Part shown: positions 25,301 to 38,557 of the stretch, piece by piece
Layout of the letters: every line of letters starts with the position of its first letter
How positions within the stretch are numbered: the stretch's first letter is position 1
DNA from: Octopus sinensis
Taxonomy: Eukaryota
Direction of reading: 5' to 3'
Length of the DNA stretch: 64,000 nucleotides
NCBI RefSeq assembly: GCF_006345805.1
Contig: NC_042999.1
Span: forward strand, 112,654,001 to 112,718,000
The notes under the pieces: generated by a model
What the model was told of the DNA's origin: nothing
Databases searched by the model: none
What the model saw: the letters and a program-made list of their open reading frames with translations, nothing else
Made by a program: the position numbers and the translations under genes

Positions 25301-26861
25301 ATAGCCACTGTTTTAACCCTTATTCAAGCAAAAGAAAAGTGGAATAGAAAAAAATATATATAGATATATATATATACATATAATACTTAGCAACGTGTTT
25401 TTCATCAATATTTACCTCACATAAGCATGGCTTCTTTTAATCAGATGCATCCATCAGTGGATGACTAACCAGCCACTATTGATTAAGCATAACTGTAAAG
25501 AACATAAACAGAAATATAAGAAGGAAATACTTTCAAGTTAAAATTTAGCATTGGTGCCAAAATGTCTTTGGCCGCATTATAGCAAGATCCTATCCTTTTT
25601 TATTCGTCCACAATTTCACATAAAACTAAGGAAAAATCTTTAGTAAAAGAATCTTTAGTTGCCCAAGTTACAAAATGATAGACAATCTAGGTAGCTAGCA
25701 ATTTTGCTTTGCTACATACATAAAGTAGTGGTTCTCAAAATGTTCACTTATATCTAAATGAATTTTTCTACAGATCAAATTCTTTTGAAATGTCTATCTA
25801 TTCAACAAATTCTGATTTGAACTCATAGACCTCCTCATAGACTTCCAGGAGTTAGCAGTCCCCAGGTATTTCATCCGTCTTTATGTTCTGAGTTCAAATT
25901 CTGCCGAGGTCAATTTTGCCTTTTACCCTTTTTGAAATAAAATACGTACCAGTAGAGCACTGGGGTCAATATAATAAACTTACCAAAATTTCTGGCCTTG
26001 TGCCAAAATTTGAAACCAATATATTGTGATTATGAAATATCTACAGAAATAAAAATAATGAGATTATCATCATCATTGTTATTACTGGTCACTTTTCCAT
26101 ATATGCATGGGTCAGAGGGAATCCACTGAGGCAGATGGCTTGCTGTTGCCAACCCTCACTTGTTTCTAAGTAAGGTAATATTTTCCTATGGAAAAGTGAC
26201 CATTATAACAATGATGATGATAATCACATTATTATTTTTTTTCTGTAAATATTTCATAATCACAATATATTGGTTTCAAATTTTGGCACAAGGCCAGAAA
26301 CAAGGGACTCCATTTGTATGATACTGATGCTCAACTATTCAATGATATCAAGACACCACAGGCAGACATGCACACATACACACATATACATGCATGCAAC
26401 AGACTTCTTTCAGCTTCTGTCTTCCAAATCCACTCACAAGGCTATGGTCAGTCCAAAGCTATAGAAAACACCAGCCCAAGATGTTGCAGTGGGATTGAAC
26501 TCAAAACCATACAGGCTGTAAGTGAATATCTTAACCAGGAAGTCATGTTTGCACCTTTATTACTAATAATATATAAGTAACTTGTAATTAAAAAAACCTT
26601 GATGTAAACTGTATTACTGCAAAACTATTAAAAATTTTGTTAATATTTATATAGAAACAGTTTTTCCCCCAGTTATTTTACCCCTAATTCTTTATTGCAT
26701 ATGTAGTGCATTCAGTAATATATACATTACTAAATGTTGTTGACATCAAATTTAACTCTTCATGTGGTAGGCCCCTCATCTGGGATGTCACATGCTATGA
26801 CACCTTCTCCAGCAACAACTTGGTGTATTCAGCTACCAGCCCAGGTTCCACTGATTGTCGT

Positions 26862-27245
26862 CATCATCATCATCATCGTTCAACGTCCACTTTCTATGCT
26901 AGCATGGGTTGGACGATTTGACTGAGGACTGGCGAACCAGATGGCTGCACCAGGCTCCAATCTGATCTGGCAGAATTTCTACAGCTGGATGCCCTTCCTA
27001 ACGCCAACCACTCTGAGAGTATAATGGGTGCTTTTACGTGCCACCGGCACGAGGGCCAGTCAGGTGGTACTGGCAGCGACCATGCTCAAATGGTGTTTTT
27101 TATGTGCCAGCTGCACAGGAGCCAGTCCAGCAGCACTGGCAACAACCTCGCTCGAATGTTTTTTCATATGCCACAAGCACAAGTGCCAGAAGGTGGCGCT
27201 GGTAACTATCATGCTTGAATGATGCTTTTTATGTGCCACCGGCAC
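26862..27245 (-). mobile_element. RTE 3'-end element with four ~65-bp UTR repeat units
   Basis: It has a (GAT)n tail and the shared GGATGCCCTTCCTAACGCCAACCACT block. Related 3'-end copies lie at about 19780-20120 (+), 36582-36735 (-), 36985-37090 (+), 38990-39190 (+), 47160-47360 (+), 56480-56757 (+) and 57784-58540 (-). Confidence 0.85.
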
Positions 27246-28192
27246 AGAAGAAAAGTAAACTGTCATGGTATAGGTCACTCGCTGACAGATTTATGGTCAA
27301 GTCTTTGGCAGTGGAGACCAGCACCACCCCAGTAGACTATATCCCTGCTCACCACTATCTAGGGTGGAGATGACTATCTGCAAGTGCAAGCCCTGTGAGT
27401 TAGAACACATCTCCCTAGCCAAACTCCAGGGCAACACTTTTTCCATTTTGTCTGTTAGGACAATGAGGCAGTCTGAATAACAGGAAATTGTATGTTCTAC
27501 TCCTTAACATAAAATTACTGCAGTAAAGACCAGTAATTATTCATATTCAAGATTAAATCGAATAAAAGTGATCTCACCTTAATCTATCTTAAATTCCCAT
27601 TGATCTTGTGGCAAATAAAGAAATTATCACAGTAATTAATCTTCAGGAGAAATTTTTGCAATCTTCATTATATCAGGCCTATTTTAGTCATCTTTGAAAT
27701 AATGAATTCTAGTTAAACTTCATGAGCAATAAAATTAATAATTAGCCATTTGTTAGCTAAATAATAAAAAAATAAAGAATTAACAATAAAGACATTTAAT
27801 GAAAGCTAAATAGAATTTTAAAAGTCATTAAATAATTTCTTAAGATATTAAATATAAATTATAACTGTTTAGTTAATTGAAATAGTTGACATTTTTTATT
27901 TGACATTTTTATATCACACATTTATGACGACGACCATCATCCTCATCACCAACAACAACAACACCACTACCTTCAATTTATTTATTTATTATACTGTCTT
28001 CATACATTGAGTTCAAATTCTGCCGAGGTTGACTTTGCTTTTCATACTTTCAGGGTCGATGAAATAAGTACCAGTTACACACTGGGGTCAATGTAATCAA
28101 TCAGACCTTCCACCCCCAAAATTTCTGGCCTTGTACTATCATCATCATCATCATTTAAAGTCCATTTTCCATGCTGATATGGGTGAGAAAGA

Positions 28193-28232
<40 letters not shown>

Positions 28233-28733
28233 TATTATTATTATTATTATTATTATTTATTAGCATCATGATGCTAATAAAGACAAGGAAAGTCCTTTCT
28301 TTGCACCTCCTAAAATCTCAGATGTCATATTTATCTAAGAAAATAACAATTCTGTACAAAAAAAAATGTTGATGAAAAAAAATTTCATTATGGATGCCCT
28401 GTTAAACAAGACACAATTCACAATATAGGACATACCTAAATAGTTAAGATTAAAATTAAAGCTTAAAAAAAATGAAAAAATTAACATAATTTAATGTAGA
28501 AAAACAAAAAAAATTGACTGAGAGGAAAACAAAAAAAAATTGACTGAAAGAAAAACAATAAAATTGACCAGAACAAACACAATATGTCTGTTTAATCAGC
28601 ACCAATTCCTCAACAAAGAAAAAAAATGTAGTACCTATTCCTCATGTATAAAAATATGTAGAGTTTAGCCAATAAGATTTTCTATGAAAATAGCTATGAG
28701 TGGTCAAGCCAATAGATGGACAAGATCACTTAC

Positions 28734-28793
28734 AGGCATTGGTCAAGGAGACAAGCGGCCAGTCAGTGCAAGCACAAAATCATGCTACAACAC
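28734..28793 (-). other. Candidate 60-nt non-coding 5' exon of the zinc-finger gene
   Basis: Flanked by a pyrimidine-rich acceptor (cttggcattatcag|) and a consensus donor (|GTAAGT) in unique sequence. It has stops in all three frames. Based on splice signals only. Confidence 0.2.
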
Positions 28794-30587
28794 CTGATAA
28801 TGCCAAGGAAAGAAATGGCTTTAAAGAAACAAGCTGCTGAGGTAACAAAAAATATATATATATAGCTAAAAAAAGTAGAAATATGAGGGAGGAGGAGTTA
28901 AAAAAACAAGTGGAAGGAAAGACAAGAAAAAAATCAATGGATTAGCGATGAAGAATTGTTCTATACAGACTTAGATACTGACGAATTGAGAATGTAACGC
29001 GTAGCAGTGACTGGTTAAAAAGATGACTGTAAGAAGATATTTAGAAGGAAAAAAAATAAACAAATATGGTGAGTGCTGCTAATTCCAATCTATTCCATGT
29101 AGTTGGCAGTCATGGAATTTCAGCCAAGTGTTGAAACAAACTGGCAAGCACTTTTCACATCGCTAGTTAATATTGATTATCAATCCAAGGCAAAAGAGAA
29201 GCGATTGCACCGATAGGCAACGAATTGGGTGGCAATCATTTTTACCGAGAATGTTAAACAACTCCATTACACTTGCTTGGTTTGGTAACTTTTCTGTCAG
29301 CATTTCTATTGTTAATCTGACAGTTTTGGAATATTTCAACAGCAAATATGATTTAGTGTTTCTTAAACTTAACAAAACTGTTAATCAATTTAGTTGTTAA
29401 GTTTGTTACTGGTGTTTGCTATATTTTTCTTATAGTCACATTTTCTTATAATAGAAAATTGTTTTACCCACATTTTAAAATAGGAAAGAAAAAAATTGTT
29501 TTTATTTTTCAGAATTAGCTAAGAATTTGCAAGAGAGATAATGTTATACTATATTTTCTAGGGTTGAGCTATTATAACACAATATTAAAAAAAAAAAAAA
29601 TGGTTGGATAGCTGTAGGACTCGCGTTAACACCTTCACCACCACCACCTTCATCAACATCATCATCATTATCATCATCATTACCTTCAACAATATCATCA
29701 TTACTATTATAATCTTTATTATTGTATATAATTGTTGGTGACAGATATTTAGTTTAATATTTTTCCTTTACTTTTTAATGAAGAAAGTAATCTTGACATA
29801 GTCACTGTTCTGTATGTCTTATAACTCTTCAATAGGCTCACAACCCAAAATTAGGAAAAAAAAGAAATAGTCTTTAAGGATGATATCTGAATGGGATAAG
29901 ACCAAGCAAGCTATCATATCACACATTAGTGGCCCATTTATTTTGAATACTAACCTTTAAATTCCACTTTATATTAATATGTTGAATAATATTTCTGTTG
30001 TTGGTTTAACATTCATTAGTGTTCATGATTTTTTTTGTCAAAGACACAGGAAATAGTAATACACATACAATCACAAACAACAGGCATATATATGTATAAA
30101 CACACACAAACCAACACACATTTGTACACATATATATAAACACACACACATATGCATGTATTTGTATTTAAAAATATAGGTATGAATATATACATTGATA
30201 CAGGTAGATACATATATATGTATAGACATTATATATATATAGACACATATTATATACATATCGATTTAACTATCTATCTATATATATATATATATACATA
30301 CATACAAACATGTTTTCTATATACATACACACATTCGTGCGTGTGTGTCTGTGTGTGCAAAAATATATATTTTGATATTTGTTTTATGTTATAATAAAAA
30401 AGTCTTACATTAATCAGATGGGTTACTCTATACTTAAGTAGAGTACAATTTTATTATTCTGAGACAAGAATATTATTGTGACTTCAAAGTTTTAACCAAC
30501 TAAGCCACCATCCAATGCTGGTTGAAACTTCTAAGTCATTATCAATAATATTGTGGTTTACACACTAACACACACAAATATATGCAT

Positions 30588-30655
<68 letters not shown>

Positions 30656-30801
30656 TTTAAGCACAGACATGTGCTAAGAAGTTTGCTTCATGACCACATG
30701 GTTCCCAGTTCAATCCCACTGTGCAGCACCTTAGCACACATATTTATTTACATATATATATATGCAATATATATACAAACAAATATATAGATGTATGTAT
30801 G

Positions 30802-30832
<31 letters not shown>

Positions 30833-31084
30833 TGTGTGTGAGTGAGTGAATGAGCATATTTGAGCTTATGATTCTCTCTTAACCATTGCATGAAACTGGA
30901 AATTGTTTACTCACAGCTCTATAACTTAGCAGTTCAGCAAAAGAGAATGACAGAATAAGTACCAGACTTGAAAAATAAATACAGAGATTGATTTATTCAA
31001 TTACACTCAAATCGGTGTTCTGGCACAGCCAAAAGAAGCAAGTAACAGACAGCTAGATATATACATACTTATATACATAAATAT

Positions 31085-31475
31085 AGGTGCAGGAGTGGCT
31101 GTGTGGTAAGTAGCTTGTTTACCAACCACATGGTTCCGGGTTCAGTCCCACTGCATGGCACCTTGGGCAAGTGTCTTCTACTATAGCCTCGGGCCGACCG
31201 AAGTCTTGTGAGTGGATTTGGTAGACGGAAACTGAAAGAAGCCCGTTGTATATATGTATATGTATATATGCGTGTGTGTGTTTGTCCCCCTAGCATTGCT
31301 TGACAACCGATGCTGGTGTGTTTATGTCCCCGTTACTTAGCGGTTCAGCAAAAGAGACCGATAGAATAAGTACTGGGCTTACAAAAAAGAATAAGTCCTG
31401 GGGTCGAGTTGCTCGATTAAAGGCGGTGCTCCAGCATGGCCGCAGTCAATTGACTGAAACAAGTAAAAGAGTAAA
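31085..31475 (+). mobile_element. tRNA-derived SINE family A, best-preserved copy
   Basis: Pol III A-box-like TGGCTGTGTGGT, B-box-like GGTTCAGTCCC, central (AT/GT)n and an AAAGAGT tail. Related copies lie at about 10173, 10455-11165, 15775, 26390 (-), 30665, 36322, 41780, 42120 (-), 42260, 55610, 61420 and 62130. Confidence 0.85.
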
Positions 31476-31601
31476 GAGTATATATATCTGTAAGAGTAAT
31501 ACGAACATATATATAAAGATGCATATTAATGTATGTATATTTACATACATAAACATGCATGTATATACACATACACTCATGTATACCAATGCATGATATA
31601 T

Positions 31602-31645
<44 letters not shown>

Positions 31646-31671
31646 TGCACAGATATAAATACCTATGCATA

Positions 31672-31881
31672 TTGCCGAAAAGTTCTTGGCTTTGGGTTCA
31701 AGAAAATACTGGAGAATCAGTTAATTATGATTTTATTCAACATATTTCCCTCTCAGATTCACACTCTTATTGCAATGATCCTTCAGTTTTTCTAAGCCCT
31801 GTGAAAGAACTCGGAAGGTTGGACCTCCAACCAGGCCTTTCGCAATACCCTTAAAGCCAGGAACTTTTCAGCACCCCCTCA
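31672..31881. mobile_element. Mariner-type MITE remnant
   Basis: GCCGAAAAGTTCTTGGCTTT on the left mirrors AAAGCCAGGAACTTTTCAGCACCCCCTCA-TA on the right. Confidence 0.6.
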
Positions 31882-31897
31882 TAAATGTATGTATGTA

Positions 31898-31966
<69 letters not shown>

Positions 31967-33226
31967 ATATATATATATATCATTCACCATAATAGATTGC
32001 TAGCCACTACAAATTCTTTATTTTCTCTCCCTGTTTCTTTCTGTGGAAGAGTGTAGGCTCGAAACGCTAAAGACTTTTTCACTGGAAGGGCGTGACCCAA
32101 CTCAATAAACATTAACAACTGTGTGACGTGAGGGCAAAAGAAAAATGAAAGTGTCACCTCTGGAATTTGCAAATGACCACTATACCTATAGGTAACTGGA
32201 CAGAATAAATTTACAATCTATAAATGTCTTTGAATAACCAGTCACTCATCTGGGAAGGCCTTGAAATCAATGTTGCCATCTGGGGACTATGTGTGACCCA
32301 AAGGAGGTCTGCAACCAAATAACTTTACTCAACACTTTGCAACTGAATCAGTGGAGGCAAAGATGCCTCTCATTTACCTGACAATTTATGTACCACATTG
32401 CAGAAATCGCAATCTAAGTAATCTCAAAGCAAACTCTTACACTGTTGCACCATTGAATTACAAATAATGCTCATCTTTTATGCTTGGGTGACCCTCCAAC
32501 TGTATTCGTCTTTGCTTAGATAAAATGACTAAATTGTGGGTGTTAAGTCCCCATAAAGGGGTCTTTCTAACTTCTAAAAAGATGAAATTTTAGAAATATT
32601 ACTTAATTTGTGTCTAATATCTATGGTTAAAATTTCATCAACAGCAAAAATATATGAATTCTCATGGGGGTTATGGCCCTTATGCATAGAATATAATTTC
32701 CAAATTTCCTAAAGCTCCATTTAGTACTTTTAACCTAGTTTTGGATCATAAAAAAAAAAGACTAAAATTTGGGAGTTAAGGCCCCCATGAGAGGTGGAAA
32801 CTTTGAGAATACTGCTTGATGTGCGTCAATTACTCAAGGTTGAAATTTCATCAACATCGAAAATTTATGAATTTTCATGGGGGTTCTGCCCCCTTTAAGC
32901 CATCTCAAATTCAAACCAAACACATTGCATTATACCAACCCTTATGCATTGAATCTAAGTTCCAAATATCATAAGGATCCATTCAGTAATTTTGGTCCAT
33001 GAAATTGTATGAAACACACAGCATAACCCTTCCCCTAGGCTTGGATTTTGTGTTCCAAATTTCATTAGGATTGGTGGAGTAGTTTTCGAAAATATACATA
33101 ACATATGAACACACATAAACACATTGACTTTTATATAATTTATATATATATATATATATATGCATATATATATATTATCTTCCATTCACTAATTATATAT
33201 GCATATATATATATATATACAGTATA

Positions 33227-33276
<50 letters not shown>

Positions 33277-33309
33277 TATATACATATATATATGCATATA
33301 TATATATGC

Positions 33310-33342
<33 letters not shown>

Positions 33343-33376
33343 TGGGTGTGTGTGATTGTGTATAGAAGAATATATT

Positions 33377-33698
33377 AATAAAAGGAATTCCAACCTTGTC
33401 TGATTTTCACGTTTTATTTACAATCTTATACACTCTGGAGCCTACCCAGCTGTATTTATAGCACAGAATCAATCATCTTGCTACAGTCAAAAATTGTGAA
33501 GCATGACTGTCAACACTACTACATGAACCCGAAGATTGCAGAATTCAATGCATGAAAGTACTAGTTCAATCAGAATGAACATTTAACATTCTACTATTTC
33601 ATTTTATTTTATTCAATTATAATATATTATCTTATAATATATCATTATAAGATTGTAAGTAAACGTGAAAATCAGACAAGGTTGGAATTCCTTTTATT
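33377..33698. mobile_element. MITE with perfect 38-bp TIRs
   Basis: AATAAAAGGAATTCCAACCTTGTCTGATTTTCACGTTT (33377-33414) is inverted at 33661-33698. Confidence 0.8.
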
Positions 33699-33737
<39 letters not shown>

Positions 33738-33743
33738 ATATAT

Positions 33744-35545
33744 ATCATCATCATCATCATCATCATTTAGCGTCCGTTTTCCATGCTAGCATGGGTTGGA
33801 CGGTTCTACTGGGGTCTGTGAAGCCAGAAGGCTTCATCAGGCCCAGTCAAATCTGGCAGTGTTTCTACGGCTGGATGCCCTTCCTAACGCCAACCACTCC
33901 GTGAGTGTAGTGGGTGCTTTTTACGTGCCACCCGCACTGGTGCCAGACAGAGCTGGCAAACGGCCACGAACGGATGGTGCTTTTTATGTGCCACCGGCAC
34001 GAGGGCCAGGCGAGGCTGGCAACGGACACGAAACGGGGCGGTGCTGGCAACGTCGCGAAACGGAAAGTTCTCTTACATGCCACCGCGCACTGGTAACACA
34101 TCTGCAATTTCCATTGATCGATTTCCATTGATCGATTTCGATTCTGATCCTCACTTGCCTCAATGGGTCTCTCACAGCAGTTTCGACATGCCACCGGCAC
34201 TGGTAGCACATCCGCAATTTCCATTGATCGATTTCGATTCTGATCCTCACTTGCCTCAACACGTCTTCACAAGTAGAGTTTTGTGTCCCAAGAAGGGAAG
34301 GTATGCATACGTAGGCTGGCTCCATCCCATGTAGAAGGCCACGGGTTGTGGACTCACTTGTCCTGCCGGGTCTTCTCGCGCACAGCACACTTCCAGAGGT
34401 CTCGGTCTCTAGTCATTTCCTCAGTGAGACCTAAAGTTCCAGGTTTTCCTGGGTCTGCCTCTTCCACAGGTTCCCTCAACCGCTAGGGTGTGGCACTTTT
34501 TCACACAACTATCTTCATCCATTCTCGCCACATGACCATACCAGCGCAAACGTCTCTCTTGCACACCACAACTGATGCTTCTTAGGTCCAGCTTTTCTCT
34601 CAAGGTACTTACACTCTGCCGAGTGTGAGTACCGGCATTACACATCCATCGGAGCATACTGGCTTCATTTCTAGCGAGCTTACGCATATCCTCAGCAGTC
34701 ACGGCCCATGTTTCACTGCCATGTAGCATGGCTGTTCGTACACACGCATCATACAGTCTGCCTTTCACTCTGTGCGAGAGGCCTTTTGTCACCAGCAGAG
34801 GTAAGAGCTCTCTGAACTTTGCCCAAGCTATTCTTACTCTAGCAGTTACACTTTCAGCACACCCCCCCCGCTGCTGACTTGGTCACCTAGGTAACGGAAA
34901 CTATCAACTATTTCTAGTTTTTCTCCCTGGAAAGTGACGGAAGTTGGTCTCAGAGCATTTTCAGTGTTTATTGTTCCTGAGCATCTGCCACATACAAAAA
35001 CCATCTTCCTAGTTAGCCTTCCTTTGACATTGCTGCATCTCTTATGTGTCCATAGCTTACACTTGGTGCATCTTATAGAGTTCTACCTACACCTTTTCTA
35101 CAGATCGAGCAGGGCCATCTACCTGAAGGTGTTTGTGATTTGTCTACCTTCCTACTGATTACGACTTTGGTTTTAGCTAGATTGACTCTGAGGCCCTTCG
35201 ATTCTAATCCTTGTTTCCACACCTGAAACTTCTCCTCCAGTTCTGATAGCGACTCAGCAATTAGAGCAAGGTCATCAGCATAGAGGAGCTCCCAAGGGCA
35301 TCCTGTCTTGAATTCCTCCGTTATTGCCTGGAGGACTATGATAAATAGGAGGGGGCTGAGTACTGAGCCTTGGTGGACCCCTACCTCTACCCGGAATTCT
35401 TCACTGTACTCATTTCCAACCCTCACCCTACTAGCGGCGTCCCTATACATGGCCCGCACAGCTCTCACTAACCATTCATCTATCCCTAGTTTTCTCATTG
35501 CCCACCAGATAAGGGATCGGGGGACCCTGTCGAAGGCTTTCTCCA
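33744..35545 (-). mobile_element. RTE-clade LINE, 5'-truncated, with RT remnant
   Basis: Encodes [33 protein letters not shown] and LLYADDLAL, and after a frameshift near 35075 KGRLYDACVRTAMLHGSETW...GRGRPRKTW. It has a (GAT)n tail at 33744-33766. Both ends abut (TA)n tracts. Confidence 0.93.
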
Positions 35546-35592
35546 TGCATATATATATATATGCATATATATATATGCATATATATATATGC

Positions 35593-35623
<31 letters not shown>

Positions 35624-35727
35624 AGCATATATATATATATATATATATATGCATATATATATATATATGTATATATATATGCACATTTATATATATCTAT
35701 GTGCATATATATATATATGTATGCACA

Positions 35728-35960
35728 TCTATTTATATAAAGATGAGAATATGTGTCTGTTTGTGTGAATCCCTAAAACTTGAGAACTACACAACCGATT
35801 TCATTCAAATTTTACATATGCCTTACTTACGGTCCATGTAGTGTCACGGGCCAAAAAAATTTTTAACTTCTTGCCTAGTGCGAGCCCAGAGCAATATCAT
35901 ATTTTCTCCACTATTTCAGTATTACGTGTCAAAAGTGAAACAACATCTCTGAAACTATTA
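35728..35960 (+). mobile_element. Helitron/DINE-like non-autonomous 5' fragment
   Basis: A|TCTATTTATATAAAG start, a GTCTGTTTGTG motif and an ACTACACAACCGATTTCATTCAAATTTT core. A similar core occurs on the minus strand near 33050-33100. Confidence 0.45.
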
Positions 35961-36262
35961 AAATGAAACTATTATCTCACATAATATATATATACATATA
36001 TACATGCATACATATATATATACATGTATATATATATAGATGTATATATATATACATGTATATATATAGATGTATCTTATACATGTATATGTATAGCTGC
36101 ATATGTATAGATGTATATATATGTATATATATATATATATATATATAGATATATATATATATATATATAGATGTATTTGTATACATGTATATGTGTAGAT
36201 GTACAAGTAATATGTACACATACATATACACATATATACATGCATACATATATACACCCATG

Positions 36263-36320
<58 letters not shown>

Positions 36321-36945
36321 CATAGGTGCAGGTGTGGCTGTGAGGTAAGAAACTTGGTTTCAAAACACATGGTCCTGGGTTCAGTCCCAGTGTGTGGTGA
36401 CTTGGCATGTGTCTTCTGCTATAGCCTCAGACCAACCAAGAAATCAATCATATATATATGTATTTATATATGTAAGTGTATATCTGTGTTTTTTCCTGTG
36501 TTTCTCTCTCATCACTGCTTCACAACTGCTGTTCGTTTATTTACATCCCCATAACTTACTGGTATATATATATATGCATTATCATCATCATCGTTTAATG
36601 TCAACTTTCCATACTGGCATGGGTTGGACAGTTTGACTGAGGACTGGTGAGCCAGAGGCTGCACCAGGGTCAATCAGATCTGGCAAAGTTTCTACAGCTG
36701 GACGCCCTTCCTAACGCCAACCACTCCAAGAGTGTAGGAGTGCCTATTCCTGCCGAGAGTCCCAAATGAACCTACCTCACGGTGAGAGGTGCAAATGAGG
36801 GTAGCTACACCCAACTCCATTCTTCACCAAGTGCCGCCTATTGGTGGAGGCTCTCAGTAATAACAGTGTAGCAAAACGGCGGAGCATCAGTATGGCCACA
36901 GCTCGGAGCTGAAACCACAGAGGAACGTATATATACATATGTATG

Positions 36946-36985
<40 letters not shown>

Positions 36986-37664
36986 TGGCCTGGTGCAGCC
37001 TTCGGGCTTGCCAGACCCCAGTTAAACCGTCCAACCCATGCTAGCATGGAAAGCGGACGTTAAACGATGATGATGATGATGATGATGATGATATATATAT
37101 ATATATATGCATATATATATATATATGCATATATATATATATGCATATATATATGTATATCATCATCATCATCATTTAACGTCCGTTCTCCATGCTAGCA
37201 TGGGTTATGTGCATATATATGACTGAAGATTGAAGGCTTCGAATGTCCCGTCCGTGTTTTTTGTATCGTCTTCTAAATGTTTTACATTCTTGTCCCAGTT
37301 TGTATTTTTCTACATATAATATATACATATATATATATGTATATATATGTGCATATAGATGTATATATATATATATATATATATACCTATTATCACTTGC
37401 TTCCAAACAAGATATTTCCTGATGCCCAGATATGTCTTTCTTGGAAGACTACAAATGAGCAACTTTGCTTGCATGAGTGATATTCATTTACAACCATTAT
37501 GTGATGTGAAAACAAGGGCACGGTCACACACATACAATGGACTTCATTCAGCTTCTGTCCTCCAAAACCATTCATAAGGCTTTTGAACCAGAGAGCCATG
37601 CCTGCATCTAACTATGCATTTGACTATAAGCATAAACACACATATATTTATATATACATACATA

Positions 37665-38557
37665 TGAGGTCTGACCAGTAAGTATCCAGACTGTTGCCAT
37701 AGTAACAAACCTAAAGCATGCAGAGTGAAGCCACTTGGCAAAGACTGGCCTTAAACTCTGCTGTGCATGCACATTAAGTTTTAATGTTCTAACTAACTTC
37801 CACTGTTTACAGCAGTGCTTGGAAGGAAGGTGTGTAGAGTTTGATCATCACATTAACCATGACAGAGAAAGTTGTCATGGCAATACCTGCTCAGAGGCTT
37901 ATGCAAAGTTGTAGAAAGTGTATGAAGAGGAGTATAGGAGCCACACACAAGTCTACGAGTGGTTCAGATGTTTCAAAGATGACCAAAAAAACGTCAATAT
38001 TGATGAACATTCTGAGAGACCTGCAAACAGCAGAACTGAGAAAAACATCGCAGATATGCATGCAGCGGTGAGGAAAAATCTACAAATTACCATCTGTGAG
38101 TTATCAGAGGATGTGCATATTGGTTACGGTTCAGTTCAGTCCATTATCACTAAAGATTTGGGTATGGGACACATGGCTGCCAAGTTTGTACCAAAACTGC
38201 TTTCAGCTGACCAAAAAGACACACAGATTTCGGTTGCACAATATCTCATTGATTGTGTCAAGAACGATGAAGACTTTTTGAAAACCCTGCTTAAGCCTGT
38301 GAGCAGGTATCGCCAAGTTTTTGGCAAAATTTGATGCAGATTCTCTGCTCAATTTTCTGTCATGGCGAATGCAACGATCACATGCTACACACCTTCCTTC
38401 CAAGCACTGCTGTAAACAGCAAAAGTGAGTTAAAACATTAAAACTTAGTGCACATGCACAGCAGAGACTACGGTCAATGTGTACCTATTGGCTTCACTCT
38501 CCGTGCTTTAGTTTCATTATTATGGTAACAGTCCAGATACTCTTTGATCAGACCACG
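37665..38557 (+). mobile_element. Internally deleted mariner transposon with long inverted termini
   Basis: TA-flanked termini TGAGGTCTGACC / GATCAGACCACG. The inverted match extends about 190 bp inward (37780-37845 mirrors 38378-38445). ORF 37918-38334 has VYEWFRCFK and AAKFVPKLL (mariner HTH and WVPxxL linker), with no catalytic domain. Confidence 0.88.

Noticed and set aside
27024-27245. CRISPR-like look: a constant TTTTATGTGCCACCGGCAC motif with variable intervening sequence (also at 51785-52060)
   Set aside because: The intervening segments are homologous to each other, the array is part of an RTE 3' UTR in a eukaryotic genome, and there are no cas genes.
28803-28850. Possible plus-strand first exon MPRKEMALKKQAAE|GTAACA
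   Set aside because: The donor is weak and I found no downstream plus-strand coding exons in the following 35 kb.
31085-31160. tRNA gene-like A and B boxes
   Set aside because: These are SINE heads that continue into SINE bodies, and no complete cloverleaf forms.
32150-32530. Possible Helitron helicase remnant on the plus strand
   Set aside because: The similarity is too faint by eye and is broken by stops in every frame; it needs tBLASTn or an HMM search.
35073-36408. Long YI/HT/CV-rich ORFs, and similar ones at 10335, 30016-30394, 33105-33393 and 56801-57175
   Set aside because: They are translations of (TA)n and (CA)n microsatellites, which lack stops in some frames.
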